A stretch of DNA of 64,000 bases, taken from assembly GCA_021811945.1 (NCBI GenBank), contig JAKAPE010000001.1, positions 1,518 through 65,517 on the forward strand. The letters are read 5' to 3'. The translations under genes were made by a program, and so were the position numbers. Within the stretch, counting starts at the first letter, position 1; every line of letters starts with the position of its first letter. The stretch is from Pseudomonadota bacterium (GTDB lineage Bacteria; Pseudomonadota; Alphaproteobacteria; Rhizobiales; Xanthobacteraceae). Positions 26,450 through 35,863 of the stretch are shown here, piece by piece. The notes beneath the pieces are model-generated. The model ran no database searches and was not told the origin of the DNA. It saw nothing but the letters and a program-made list of their open reading frames with translations.

Positions 26450-26623
26450 TCTACCGCAAGGGCGAGCTATCGCCAGCGATGATCAATCGCGGGTGCGCGC
26501 ACGCGAAACGATCAGCAAACCCCTCGCAATTGACGATGGTCTTGCCGCTGTAGTCCGGGTCGACCTGAGCGATATGACGGCCCGGTGCGGTATCGGCCGA
26601 ATGCACTCCTAAGAACCCGAAGA

Positions 26624-29600
26624 TTAGGAGACGGCCAACGTGGAATTCACCATCTCGAGATAGCGGCAGAACGCGTTCGCCAACTGAATCTGCCGCGGCG
26701 TCCGGCACTCCGTTTCGAATATCTGCGGTGAGCCGACGAGGACCGATACGCATTTGGCGCGCGAAGTCGCAACATTGAGCCGGTTGAGGCTGTAGAGGAA
26801 CTCCATTCCGCGCGGCGCGTCCGCATGGCTGGAAGTGGCCATCGAATAAACTGCGATCGGAGCTTCCTGCCCCTGGAACTTGTCGACCGTGCCCACGCGC
26901 GCACCCGACAGGCATTGCTGAATCTCGAAGACCTGCGCGTTGTAGGGCGTGATGATAACGATGTCGTCGAGCGTGATCGGCTTCTCTTGCCCTTCGCGAT
27001 CGACCCAAGTCGCCTTGCTCGCGAGGATCGCCCGCACGAGACGCGCGACCGCTTGTGCCTCTTCAGGCGAGCAGTTCTGATTGCCGCTGTGTGCGACAGG
27101 GAGAAGGTAGAGACCAGACCCGCTGACCGGTCCGGACCCTTTGATGACCAGCTTCTCTAGCCCGGTCTTCGAGCGGAGCTTGCCGTCATAGAAGACCTCG
27201 GAGGTGTAGGCGCAGATCGCAGGATGCAGCCGCCAGGTCTCTTCGAGAAACAGGCCCTTATCCGCAGAAATCGTCCGCTCGCCGCCGAGAATATGATCGA
27301 GCGCCGACACATCGGTGCCCTCCGGGTGGCTGCCTTGCATCGGCTGATCGAGTTGCTGCGGATCGCCGATCAGCACCACCGTCTTCGCCGCCTGCGACAC
27401 GGCAAGCACGTTGGCGAGCGACATCTGCGCGGCTTCGTCCACGAAGAGAACGTCGACCGTCTCGAACGTGTCCGGCCGCGACCACAGCCATGCCGTGCCG
27501 CCGCCGACCGAGGCGCCGCCGCTCAATGCCGCGAACAAGTCCTCATTTCTCTTGGCGAAGAAAAGGCGATGCTGCGGGTCTTCGACCTCATCGGCCTTTT
27601 GGCAGCATTGCAGGTCGATTCCCAATTCGTCGGCCGCCTTGATCGTCGCATCGATCAGGTTGCGAATGACCTTATGACTGTTGGCCGTGATGCCAACTTT
27701 CTTCCCACGGCGCACCAGCTCGCAAATCATCTGCGCACCAGTGAAGGTCTTGCCCGCACCGGGCGGTCCTTGGATCGGGAGAACGCCGCCCGCCACGTGG
27801 CCGCACAGCCGAACGGCGGCTTCAACCGTCGTCTCTCCGGCGCGGTGCAGCGGCTCATCGCCGACGCGCGGGCTTCCTCTGAGCAGGAGATCGCGCGCCG
27901 CCTGATAAGGCCCATCGCCCCGTACGCCGTGATCGGCGACATAGTCGCCGATCCGCACCAGCGCCTCGGCCATCACTTGGCCGCCAACATAGCTGTGGGC
28001 GAACGCGGCTTGCGGATGGAGGCTGGCGGTATCCTGGCGCTTCTTGATATCGACGGTGTTGTCTGCAAAGGAGATCACCTCGACCTTGCCGAGTTTGGCG
28101 CCGCCGAGATTGCAGAGTTCCTCGCCGCCGCGAATTTCGGTCTCCTGCGGCGGGAAACGGTAACGATGGATCGGCGCCTTGGCTGTGCCGCCGGCCGTGG
28201 CGGCAAAGATAAGACCGGAGAGTCCGGCGCGCTCCTCGAGTAGATCCTCGGCCGAGAGAGCGGCCAGCCGGAAATACTCCCACCACACCGCCTTCTCTTC
28301 CCGGCGATGCCAATCAACAATGTTTGCCAAGATCCAACGGGCCTGCTGCTCCTCATTCCGTTCGGTGGGATCCACCGGAACATCCGCCGTCAGTCTTTCG
28401 ATTAGCGCATTGATCTTGACCAGCCAGTCGGTGATCTTCTCGTTCGGCGCACCGTCACCAGGTTGCGGTCGAGGCACGACTGTTCCATCAGCGACCAGCT
28501 TCGTCCGGTGCGCTTCGAGCCAGTCGCGCAAGACCACGGTGGAACGGCAATCATCCTCGTTGTAGGCGCGCACCACTGCCTTGGTCTCTTCGGCAATTGA
28601 CGGCGCATCGCTGAGCTCGATATTGGCCTGGAGATTGGCGAGCGCGACATTCGCATCGGTCAGTGGCGTTTGACGTTCGAAGCCATAGAGGGGCTCCAAC
28701 CGCTTGATCGAATAGCTTTCGACGCTTGCACGAAGACTATGGCGCACGACTTGATAGAGATCGACGAAGAGGCCGGCGCGGAGCATCCGGTCGATCTCCT
28801 CCTCGCGCGTCGCGTAGCGGCCCATCAGGCGCTTCAGGGCCGCCGGCTCATAGGGAGCGTAGTGGTAGACGTGCAGGCCGGGGAACAGAGCCCACCGCGT
28901 CATCACAAAATCGACGAACTTTTCAAAGGCGCGCTTCTCGTCGGCGCGGGTGAAAGCCCAGTCGCCCTCGTAGACGAGCGCGCCGTGTGCGTCCTTGAAC
29001 AGATAGCCGACCAGATATTCGAGGCCATGCTCGCCGACAAATGGATCGCCTTCGAAGTCAAGAAACACATCGCCATCAGAAGGCTCGGGCAGACGGGTGA
29101 GCCCGAAGCCGGTCTCCACCGGCAGCAGCTCGAATATGCGAGTCCCTGCTGTGCGGGCCTCGACCACGATCCGCGCCTGCTCGCGGATGCGGATATAGGA
29201 ATCGGCCGAACCGCGATCGGGCTTCCACTCGAGCGGCAAGGGCATGCCGGCCAAACCTTGTACCGTCGCGACATCGCGTGCCTTCAACTCATTGATCTGA
29301 ATCTTCGAGATGCCGGCAACGAGGCAGAGATGATCGTCATCGCGGCGACGCTTGTCGCAAGCCTCTCGCCAACGGCAGATATCGCAATGCTCGATTGGAT
29401 CGGGGTAGGTGTCATCTGTCGCCGGCGCGGCCATGGCCGTCAGCAACCCGCGCTTCACCTTTCGGAAATACGCCGCATAGTCGGCGAAGCGATATTGCTG
29501 CGGCTGAAATTCCGACCACGGCGCGACGACGTACATGTATTCGGGCGGAAGTCCCTGCATGGCGGCCAGCAGGTCGGCGTAGAGACAGAGCTGGAGGATC

Positions 29601-30031
29601 GTTCCGGCTTTCGTTTCGCGTGCGAGCTTCGTGTCGACCGGCTCATAGGACCAGCCGCCCAGCGCGCTCGGTACTTCGACGCGGCGCAGGATGTCGGCGC
29701 GTCCGTTCCAGCCCTGATGCGCGAGTGCTGCCTGAGCGATGACCGGAACACCGCGCTGCATGATGGCGCGCGTCTCAGCGACGGCCCCGTGCGTGACTTC
29801 GACACCGTCGATCCGCACGGCGTCCAGCCCTGCGGTGGTGAGGTGCTCTATGTAACTCTGCTCATGGGCTATCCCGCGTTCGGCCAAGATCTGCAGAAGG
29901 GGGTCCCAGACCTTCGGCTTCGATAACGCCCCGTTGGCCACCGCGCGGTCCAGACCCGTGAGATGATGACAATTCAGGTAGCCGACTAAGTCGGTCGCGC
30001 TGAGCTCGAAGGACTCTCCGACCTTTTTCAT
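26624..30031 (-). CDS. RecB/Cas4-like nuclease + RNaseH-like domain (TM0106-type) fused to an SF1 (DNA2/Upf1-like) helicase, 1135 aa
   Basis: N-terminus has GRADIL...YEPVDTKL (PD-(D/E)xK) with [10 protein letters not shown], then DFEGDP (RNaseH-like). C-terminus has [38 protein letters not shown] helicase motifs. Confidence 0.88.
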   Translation of the reverse strand: MKKVGESFELSATDLVGYLNCHHLTGLDRAVANGALSKPKVWDPLLQILAERGIAHEQSYIEHLTTAGLDAVRIDGVEVTHGAVAETRAIMQRGVPVIAQAALAHQGWNGRADILRRVEVPSALGGWSYEPVDTKLARETKAGTILQLCLYADLLAAMQGLPPEYMYVVAPWSEFQPQQYRFADYAAYFRKVKRGLLTAMAAPATDDTYPDPIEHCDICRWREACDKRRRDDDHLCLVAGISKIQINELKARDVATVQGLAGMPLPLEWKPDRGSADSYIRIREQARIVVEARTAGTRIFELLPVETGFGLTRLPEPSDGDVFLDFEGDPFVGEHGLEYLVGYLFKDAHGALVYEGDWAFTRADEKRAFEKFVDFVMTRWALFPGLHVYHYAPYEPAALKRLMGRYATREEEIDRMLRAGLFVDLYQVVRHSLRASVESYSIKRLEPLYGFERQTPLTDANVALANLQANIELSDAPSIAEETKAVVRAYNEDDCRSTVVLRDWLEAHRTKLVADGTVVPRPQPGDGAPNEKITDWLVKINALIERLTADVPVDPTERNEEQQARWILANIVDWHRREEKAVWWEYFRLAALSAEDLLEERAGLSGLIFAATAGGTAKAPIHRYRFPPQETEIRGGEELCNLGGAKLGKVEVISFADNTVDIKKRQDTASLHPQAAFAHSYVGGQVMAEALVRIGDYVADHGVRGDGPYQAARDLLLRGSPRVGDEPLHRAGETTVEAAVRLCGHVAGGVLPIQGPPGAGKTFTGAQMICELVRRGKKVGITANSHKVIRNLIDATIKAADELGIDLQCCQKADEVEDPQHRLFFAKRNEDLFAALSGGASVGGGTAWLWSRPDTFETVDVLFVDEAAQMSLANVLAVSQAAKTVVLIGDPQQLDQPMQGSHPEGTDVSALDHILGGERTISADKGLFLEETWRLHPAICAYTSEVFYDGKLRSKTGLEKLVIKGSGPVSGSGLYLLPVAHSGNQNCSPEEAQAVARLVRAILASKATWVDREGQEKPITLDDIVIITPYNAQVFEIQQCLSGARVGTVDKFQGQEAPIAVYSMATSSHADAPRGMEFLYSLNRLNVATSRAKCVSVLVGSPQIFETECRTPRQIQLANAFCRYLEMVNSTLAVS

Positions 30032-30939
30032 GTGGTTTGAAAGCTTAGGTCGCGCACGGGAATGTACGCGCGGTTAGTTTCAGCAGCACGGCGCGCCTTT
30101 TCCTCGAGCACTGCAATGAGCGAAACGCGCCGCGATAGCACCTCATACAAATCCAGCCCGTCGACGCAGATGAGGTTCGTCTGACGGCCACGGCTGAATG
30201 CCTCCAGGCCCTCCTGGGTGAATCCTGAGTTGCTGACAAATAGGCCGCGCGCCCACGCCGCCTTGCCCGAGACTTTGCCCGAAAACGCCATCAGGTCGGC
30301 AAACCCAATCTGTGGCCCATGCCACTTGGCTTCGACCAGGTAGGTTTCCGTGTGCAGCCGAAAGCTCCCGTCAATCTGCTCTCCCACGATACGGAAGGAA
30401 CCACGGGGCGCCAGACCGAATGCGGCAAATATATCCGAGAGAAAACTTTCAAACCTCAGGCCTCTTTCTTGTGGGCTTAGGTTCGATATCTCGATCAAGC
30501 GCGCAATCAACGTCTGAGCGGCCGCCTCTGCCAACATTGGCTCGGGCGCAGTGCGTTCAGTCTTCGGCGGCTCGCCGAAGGTCTTCAAGAAGGCTGGATC
30601 GAGAAGCTCCGGAATCCTGAAAGACACGCCCGGCAGCGCCGCGTTCAATCGATCAATTTCATCGCGAGTCAGCGGATTACCCTTGCCCCGGCGCCAAGTC
30701 ATCGATTGGTGGACGATGGCGATCATCAACGGTGTGAAACGGTTCCGGCGATATTCCAGCGTTCGCTTCAGGAGCTCGACAATTGCCGGCCGCTTACTCC
30801 CAGAAGTCCAGAACTCACCGACACCGGCTTGGGCAGCAGCAAGCGGAAAAGCAGTCTTGTTATTGCCGCTTCCTGGCAGGAACTCATAGAGAATATCTGC
30901 GATATTCTCGATGGCCTGCGCTTCCGCGAGCGACAACAT
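30028..30939 (-). CDS. Mrr-like restriction endonuclease domain protein with an unknown N-terminal domain
   Basis: C-terminal half [12 protein letters not shown]...GEQIDGSF...YLVEAKW...[10 protein letters not shown] fits the Mrr_cat PD-(D/E)xK pattern. The stop overlaps the helicase ATG (ATGA). Confidence 0.72.
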   Translation of the reverse strand: MLSLAEAQAIENIADILYEFLPGSGNNKTAFPLAAAQAGVGEFWTSGSKRPAIVELLKRTLEYRRNRFTPLMIAIVHQSMTWRRGKGNPLTRDEIDRLNAALPGVSFRIPELLDPAFLKTFGEPPKTERTAPEPMLAEAAAQTLIARLIEISNLSPQERGLRFESFLSDIFAAFGLAPRGSFRIVGEQIDGSFRLHTETYLVEAKWHGPQIGFADLMAFSGKVSGKAAWARGLFVSNSGFTQEGLEAFSRGRQTNLICVDGLDLYEVLSRRVSLIAVLEEKARRAAETNRAYIPVRDLSFQTT

Positions 30940-30942
30940 AGC

Positions 30943-32055
30943 TCAGTCCTCCGACGAAACGAGTCTGAGCGGTGGCCGCGAGCGGCTTCGATCGCCGCTG
31001 TTGGGAATACCGTTGAGGCTGGTCAACGCCAAGCCGAACACTAGTTCATCAATATCTTTGGGGTGGACACGCAGCGCCTCTGCGACCTCCTCCTTGCTGA
31101 TTCCTTCCTTTCGGAGCGCCGCGAACACCTTTTGCAGCACCTGCGAGATCTCACGGGGCCCGCCCTCCGGCTCTTTTTTACGGAACCCACGCGACGACAT
31201 CTCGATATAGAGCTGGCGATAGTGCCATTCAGACAGAAGATCGAGTTTATGGAGCCGGTACGTCATCGCCGCCAGTGATACGCCCCAAACCTTTTTGAGC
31301 CGCATGAGATTGTCGATGGTGGCAAAGCGCGGCGCGTGGGCACGCACACTGGCTGGCGGCATCAGCAATGCGGACGCGAACGCGTTGGCATCCTGCTCGG
31401 CCTCCTGACCATTCGGCGCGGCGTGCCGATGCAGAACCAAATGTCCCAGCTCGTGGGCGGCATCGAACCGTCCATGCTCGGCCGACTTGAGCGTGTTGAG
31501 AAAGACAAAGGGGCGATCTCCTCGCCACATGGAGAATGCGTCAACCTCAGCAGCATCAATGGCGAGTGAGTAGACGCGCACGCCTTTCGACTCGAGCAGA
31601 TGCACCATGTTTTTGATCGGCAGTTCTCCCAACTCCCACGCACGACGTACCGCCGCCGCCGCCGTTTCGGGACTTGCATCACGACCGAGATCTGGCAATT
31701 GGGGCGCGGGCAAATCGAAGCGCGTTTCGATCCATTCGTTGAGCAGCATTGCCACAGCGCCGTTACCGAGCGCGGTGTCGCGTTGGCGCGCCGTCATCTT
31801 CGACAAAGACCGAAAGCTCGCCGTGTCGATCGCCGGCTCCTCGATATCGTCACCAAAGAAAAACGCCTGCGGAAAGTTCAGCGTGCGAGCAATGGTCGCC
31901 AACCGCTCAGGCTCCGGATTAAACTCACCCGTCTCGTAGGCTGAAACCGATCGCAACTCTACGCCGATACTCGCGGCGAGGCGGGTCTTGGTTAGTCCGC
32001 GTCTCCGACGAGCCCAGGTAAGGCGGGTGGGATTGAAGGCATCAACGACTGTCAT
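30943..32055 (-). CDS. XRE-family HTH fused to an ImmA/IrrE (COG2856) zinc metallopeptidase
   Basis: N-terminal HTH (RRGLTKTRLAASIGVELRSVSAYETGE) and HELGHLVLH (HExxH) in the central domain. Confidence 0.87.
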   Translation of the reverse strand: MTVVDAFNPTRLTWARRRRGLTKTRLAASIGVELRSVSAYETGEFNPEPERLATIARTLNFPQAFFFGDDIEEPAIDTASFRSLSKMTARQRDTALGNGAVAMLLNEWIETRFDLPAPQLPDLGRDASPETAAAAVRRAWELGELPIKNMVHLLESKGVRVYSLAIDAAEVDAFSMWRGDRPFVFLNTLKSAEHGRFDAAHELGHLVLHRHAAPNGQEAEQDANAFASALLMPPASVRAHAPRFATIDNLMRLKKVWGVSLAAMTYRLHKLDLLSEWHYRQLYIEMSSRGFRKKEPEGGPREISQVLQKVFAALRKEGISKEEVAEALRVHPKDIDELVFGLALTSLNGIPNSGDRSRSRPPLRLVSSED

Positions 32056-32696
32056 GCCTTTCGCTTCACATCGATATCGAGATCCGGCCCCACGGGCGCC
32101 ACGATTTCAACCTCGGCGCCGTCCAACGGGATCGATGGCAGCATGATGCGTTCCTGCCAGCGCGTGATCCGGCCGTCCGCCGAAATCTGCGACGGCAAGG
32201 ACAGTTCGCAACGCACCTCAGAGCCGGCACGGTGGAGAAGCAAAAACCAGGTCAGCGGACCCTCATCGCCCCGCACATGCGGCATGTCAGGAACCGGCAA
32301 ATCCAATTCGAGCTGCACCTGATTTACCGAGATGGCGTCTGCCGTGCTAACGCCCTTCGGCGCCCGGTTGCTGACATTGGCGGTTGGGATCCCCGTCCCC
32401 ATGTCGCCGGAAGCAATATTGATCGCCATCGACCCATCAGGGTGGATCACCAGGGCGTAGTTCTTCTCGTCTGACCGCGTCCAGCCAAGCGGCAGCAAAC
32501 CTTCCCGCAGCGCCGCAACTGCTTCCATCCAAGCCGCAATGCCGATGGCGAAGGGCGGGTGATTTATGGTGAAGCTTACCCAGGACAAATACCAACGCTG
32601 CGCCGCGTGCGCGAGAGGCTCATCGGTCAGCCCCATGGCGGCCAACCGGGCCTTCACGTCATCGGCATCTATGTACACGGACAGGGGCGCAGCCAC
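32052..32696 (-). CDS. Hypothetical protein (214 aa), first gene of the XRE-ImmA/Mrr/helicase operon
   Basis: GTG 32696 is preceded by GGAGAA. The stop overlaps the next start by 4 nt. No motif was recognised. Confidence 0.55.
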   Translation of the reverse strand: MAAPLSVYIDADDVKARLAAMGLTDEPLAHAAQRWYLSWVSFTINHPPFAIGIAAWMEAVAALREGLLPLGWTRSDEKNYALVIHPDGSMAINIASGDMGTGIPTANVSNRAPKGVSTADAISVNQVQLELDLPVPDMPHVRGDEGPLTWFLLLHRAGSEVRCELSLPSQISADGRITRWQERIMLPSIPLDGAEVEIVAPVGPDLDIDVKRKA

Positions 32697-32726
32697 TGGA
32701 TTCTCCGGGGAAGGGGCAGGTTCCGC

Positions 32727-32754
32727 TTTTTCTACCTCAAATGAGGGAGAAAAA
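32727..32754. promoter_or_regulatory. AT-rich 13-bp-arm palindrome TTTTTCTACCTCA-AA-TGAGGGAGAAAAA (one mismatch)
   Basis: Read directly. It lies 31 nt upstream of GTG 32696 and about 70 nt downstream of the res stop. It is a candidate operator or terminator. Confidence 0.3.
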
Positions 32755-32823
32755 CAAGAACCTCGGCCTCCTCCAATTGGGCTGTATTCCCCCGTCGCTA
32801 CCTGCCCCGGGGCGGAGCGTCCT

Positions 32824-35800
32824 TCAAAGCCGGTCCATCACGTCGTCGACGTTCCTCGCTTTGATATATCGTGCCGGATTCTTCCCAACAGCCAGCGCCT
32901 GGAAATGCGCCTCCCCGCAAGCGATCTTCGCCGCCTCATTGTCGCGCAGGTCGTCGACAAACATGCTGCCTTTGGTCTCGACAACGAAATACAGGCGCTC
33001 TTCGCCACTGACTTCAATAAGCACCGCCCAATCCGGGTTGTAGGTCCCGAGCGGTGTCGGCACTTTGAACCACGCCGGCAGCTTCGCGTAGATTCTCACC
33101 GCCTCATTTTTTTCGAGTTGTTCGGCGAACGTTCGTTCGACGCCGCCAGAGTCATAGACGACATGCTCGAAAACGGACTTCTGCGCGTCCTTCAGCATGT
33201 TCCGTAGATAGCCTGTAAGCTCCTCTTGCGAAAACAGCTCTTGCGCATAGTAGTATTCGTCACCGATCCGCTGGTACTTGATGCCGTCGACAATGGCCAA
33301 TCGCTTGGTCCGATTGATTACTTCTCCTGCAATCTCGATAAACGCCTGCGGGTTGCGCTTGAAATCCGTCAGGCGGCCGCACTCAGTTAGAACCCGGACC
33401 AGACTCTTGCGGGTTAGCTGAGTTCGATCCTGAAGATCGGTCAACACATCCGGCAGGACGATATCGCCTTCCTCGATCGTGACGATCGTTCCGCTGTTCT
33501 TGTCATGCTCCGTGGCTTCAACGCCGCCCTGACCAATTGAAAGATCCGCCTTTCTGATCCGAACGCGCGCTTTCGACACCGGTGGACCGTTGGCGATGGC
33601 CTTCGCGCAATCTGCGATCAGCTTCTCGTTGTCGAAGTGAACGCGATAGGTGGTCTTGTGCTTGATCCGGTCCCAAAGCGCCTGAAACTCGGCGCTTTCC
33701 AGAATGGCTTGCCGCGTTTTGACGACGACGCGCTCATCGGCGTTCTTGATATCCAGCTTGCCGGCCACCTTCTTTAGGACGTCGCGCACCGACGCCAAGT
33801 GCGGCGCCGGCGCCGGCGGCAGGGCGAAGGATCCGTCTTTGAGCGCGGTGCGCAGAGTGTCCTGCACCTTGCCTTTGGCGTCGACGAACCCTTGCGATCT
33901 CAGATGATCGAAGATGGCCGCCGACTCTTCGAAGCCCAGCATGCCGGTTGATCCGTCCGCCTTGACGATCGGTATGGCCGCGAACTGATGCTTCTCGACT
34001 ATGCCGAACTTGATTCCCGTATCCTTCTCAATTTCCTTCTGCAGGTTTTCGGCGAACTCCTCGTAGCTCTCGGTGGCGATCACGGTCAGGGTGTTAATGT
34101 CGAAGCCGCGAAGGCGCTCGCCCTTCTGGTTTACGCAAAGGCGCAGACCGCGACCGATCGTTTGTCGTCGCTCGCGCTCAGTACCGATTTCACGCAGTGC
34201 GCAAATCTGAAACACGTTGGGATTGTCCCAGCCTTCCTTCAGGGCCGAGTGTGAGAAGATGAACTTTAGCTTCGTCTCGAAGCCCAGAAGCTTCTCCTTG
34301 TCCTTCATGATCAGATTGTATGCGCGCTCCGCGTTATCGCGAGCTGATTGGGTATTGTCTGCCGTGTCGGTCCAGTGCCGGGCTTTGTCGATCGAAAAAT
34401 AACCATCGTGGACCTCCTCGGCCTCGGACGTCAAATCGACCTCCTTAAACAGGCTGACAAACTCGGGAAGCTTCGCTGCGCGGCGATACTCCTCCTCGAA
34501 AATCCGGGCGTATTTGCCCTTCACAGGGTTCCCGTCGGCGTCATAGGACCGGTAGTGCTCGACCGCGTCGATGAAGAACAGACTGAGCACCTTGATGCCA
34601 AGGGGCGCGAGGCGCTTTTCCTTCTCAAGATGCTCGTGGATTGTCCTGCGCAGCATCAGCCGCTTCAGCGCATCCGCGTCCACATCGCCCACGGCCTGGC
34701 CGGGCTGGAGAAATGTCTCGCTGCCGGGCAGCTTCACTTCCAGAAGCTGGCTGTCGCGCCCAGCGCGAATCTCGCCGATCCGGCAGTCCGCGTAGATAGC
34801 CCGCTTGGTCAGTTCCTCCAGGTCATCGCCGTCCTGAACGACCACCTCTTTGCGCCGGACTTGCTTGCTCTCCAGCACGTCGATTTCAACGCGGGCGGTC
34901 ACCGGCCCTTTGCCGTTGCTCGCCGAGACGAAACGGACGTAGGCCTTGTTGTGGCCCCCTTCGACTTCCAGCGAGGCGACCTCGATCTGCTTGACCAGCT
35001 TGCGCTCGTAGGCGTCCACAGCATCGAGCCGGAAAACCATGTGGTGTTTGTCGACATGAGTCGCCGAATAGCGGAGCGTGCAGAGCGGATTCATCTCGCC
35101 AAGCGCGTTCTTGCCGGCGCCAGATAGGCCGCCATCGACACTTTGCGGTTCATCGACGATCAGTATCGGCCGTGTCGCACGGATCAAATCGATGGGCCGC
35201 TCGCCTCCGGTCTTCTCACTGTCCTTGTAGAGGTTGTTGACGTCCTTCTTGTTGATGGCGCCGACGGTCACCACCATGATCTGAATGTTCGGGTTGGTCG
35301 CAAAATTGCGCACCTGGCCGAGCTTCGTGGAATCATAAAGGAAATAGTCGAACGGCTGGCCCGAATAGAGCCCCCTGAAATGCTCCTCCGTGATCTGGAG
35401 CGTCTTGTAGACACCTTCCTTGATGGCGACCGAGGGTACGACGATGACAAATTTGGTGAAGCCATATAGCTTGTTCAGTTCGAAGATCGTCCGCAGATAG
35501 ACGTAAGTTTTGCCCGTACCGGTCTCCATCTCGACCGTGAAATCGCCGGAGGTTAGCGCGGTTGATGGGGCAAGGCCATTGCGGAGCTGAATGTCCTTGA
35601 GGTTAGCCATGATCTCGTCATCCAGCAGGGTCAGCCTGTTGCCGATGCCGAGCTCGCTTTCGACCAACCCTAATTCGCCTTGCGGGCCAAGAAACGCGCC
35701 GAGATCAAGGTCAGTCTGACCGGTCCGTTCGGCCATAGGCCTGCGGATTACAGTGAATTCGGTTCGGTTGATCTCCTGCCCGCGGAAGAGGCCAGCGACG

Positions 35801-35853
35801 GCCTCAATCGCCGCCTCCTGATAATCAAGGTCGGGCTCAAAGTGCAGCTTCAT
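32824..35853 (-). CDS. res: Type III restriction enzyme, Res subunit (SF2 helicase + C-terminal PD-(D/E)xK)
   Basis: METGTGKTYVY (motif I), ILIVDEPQS (DExQ), QTIGRGLR (motif VI), and C-terminal PDWAVL...VVETKG endonuclease motif. ATG 35853 is preceded by GAGG. Confidence 0.9.
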   Translation of the reverse strand: MKLHFEPDLDYQEAAIEAVAGLFRGQEINRTEFTVIRRPMAERTGQTDLDLGAFLGPQGELGLVESELGIGNRLTLLDDEIMANLKDIQLRNGLAPSTALTSGDFTVEMETGTGKTYVYLRTIFELNKLYGFTKFVIVVPSVAIKEGVYKTLQITEEHFRGLYSGQPFDYFLYDSTKLGQVRNFATNPNIQIMVVTVGAINKKDVNNLYKDSEKTGGERPIDLIRATRPILIVDEPQSVDGGLSGAGKNALGEMNPLCTLRYSATHVDKHHMVFRLDAVDAYERKLVKQIEVASLEVEGGHNKAYVRFVSASNGKGPVTARVEIDVLESKQVRRKEVVVQDGDDLEELTKRAIYADCRIGEIRAGRDSQLLEVKLPGSETFLQPGQAVGDVDADALKRLMLRRTIHEHLEKEKRLAPLGIKVLSLFFIDAVEHYRSYDADGNPVKGKYARIFEEEYRRAAKLPEFVSLFKEVDLTSEAEEVHDGYFSIDKARHWTDTADNTQSARDNAERAYNLIMKDKEKLLGFETKLKFIFSHSALKEGWDNPNVFQICALREIGTERERRQTIGRGLRLCVNQKGERLRGFDINTLTVIATESYEEFAENLQKEIEKDTGIKFGIVEKHQFAAIPIVKADGSTGMLGFEESAAIFDHLRSQGFVDAKGKVQDTLRTALKDGSFALPPAPAPHLASVRDVLKKVAGKLDIKNADERVVVKTRQAILESAEFQALWDRIKHKTTYRVHFDNEKLIADCAKAIANGPPVSKARVRIRKADLSIGQGGVEATEHDKNSGTIVTIEEGDIVLPDVLTDLQDRTQLTRKSLVRVLTECGRLTDFKRNPQAFIEIAGEVINRTKRLAIVDGIKYQRIGDEYYYAQELFSQEELTGYLRNMLKDAQKSVFEHVVYDSGGVERTFAEQLEKNEAVRIYAKLPAWFKVPTPLGTYNPDWAVLIEVSGEERLYFVVETKGSMFVDDLRDNEAAKIACGEAHFQALAVGKNPARYIKARNVDDVMDRL

Positions 35854-35863
35854 CGAACAGGCC

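Noticed and set aside
26451-26623. About 50-codon minus-strand ORF just after the helicase stop (VHSADTAPGRHIAQVDPDYSGKTIVNCEGF...).
   Set aside because: Only a GTG immediately abutting an AGGAG is available, so the spacing is too short. No family was recognised, and it overlaps the decayed plus-strand ORF region. Evidence is insufficient.
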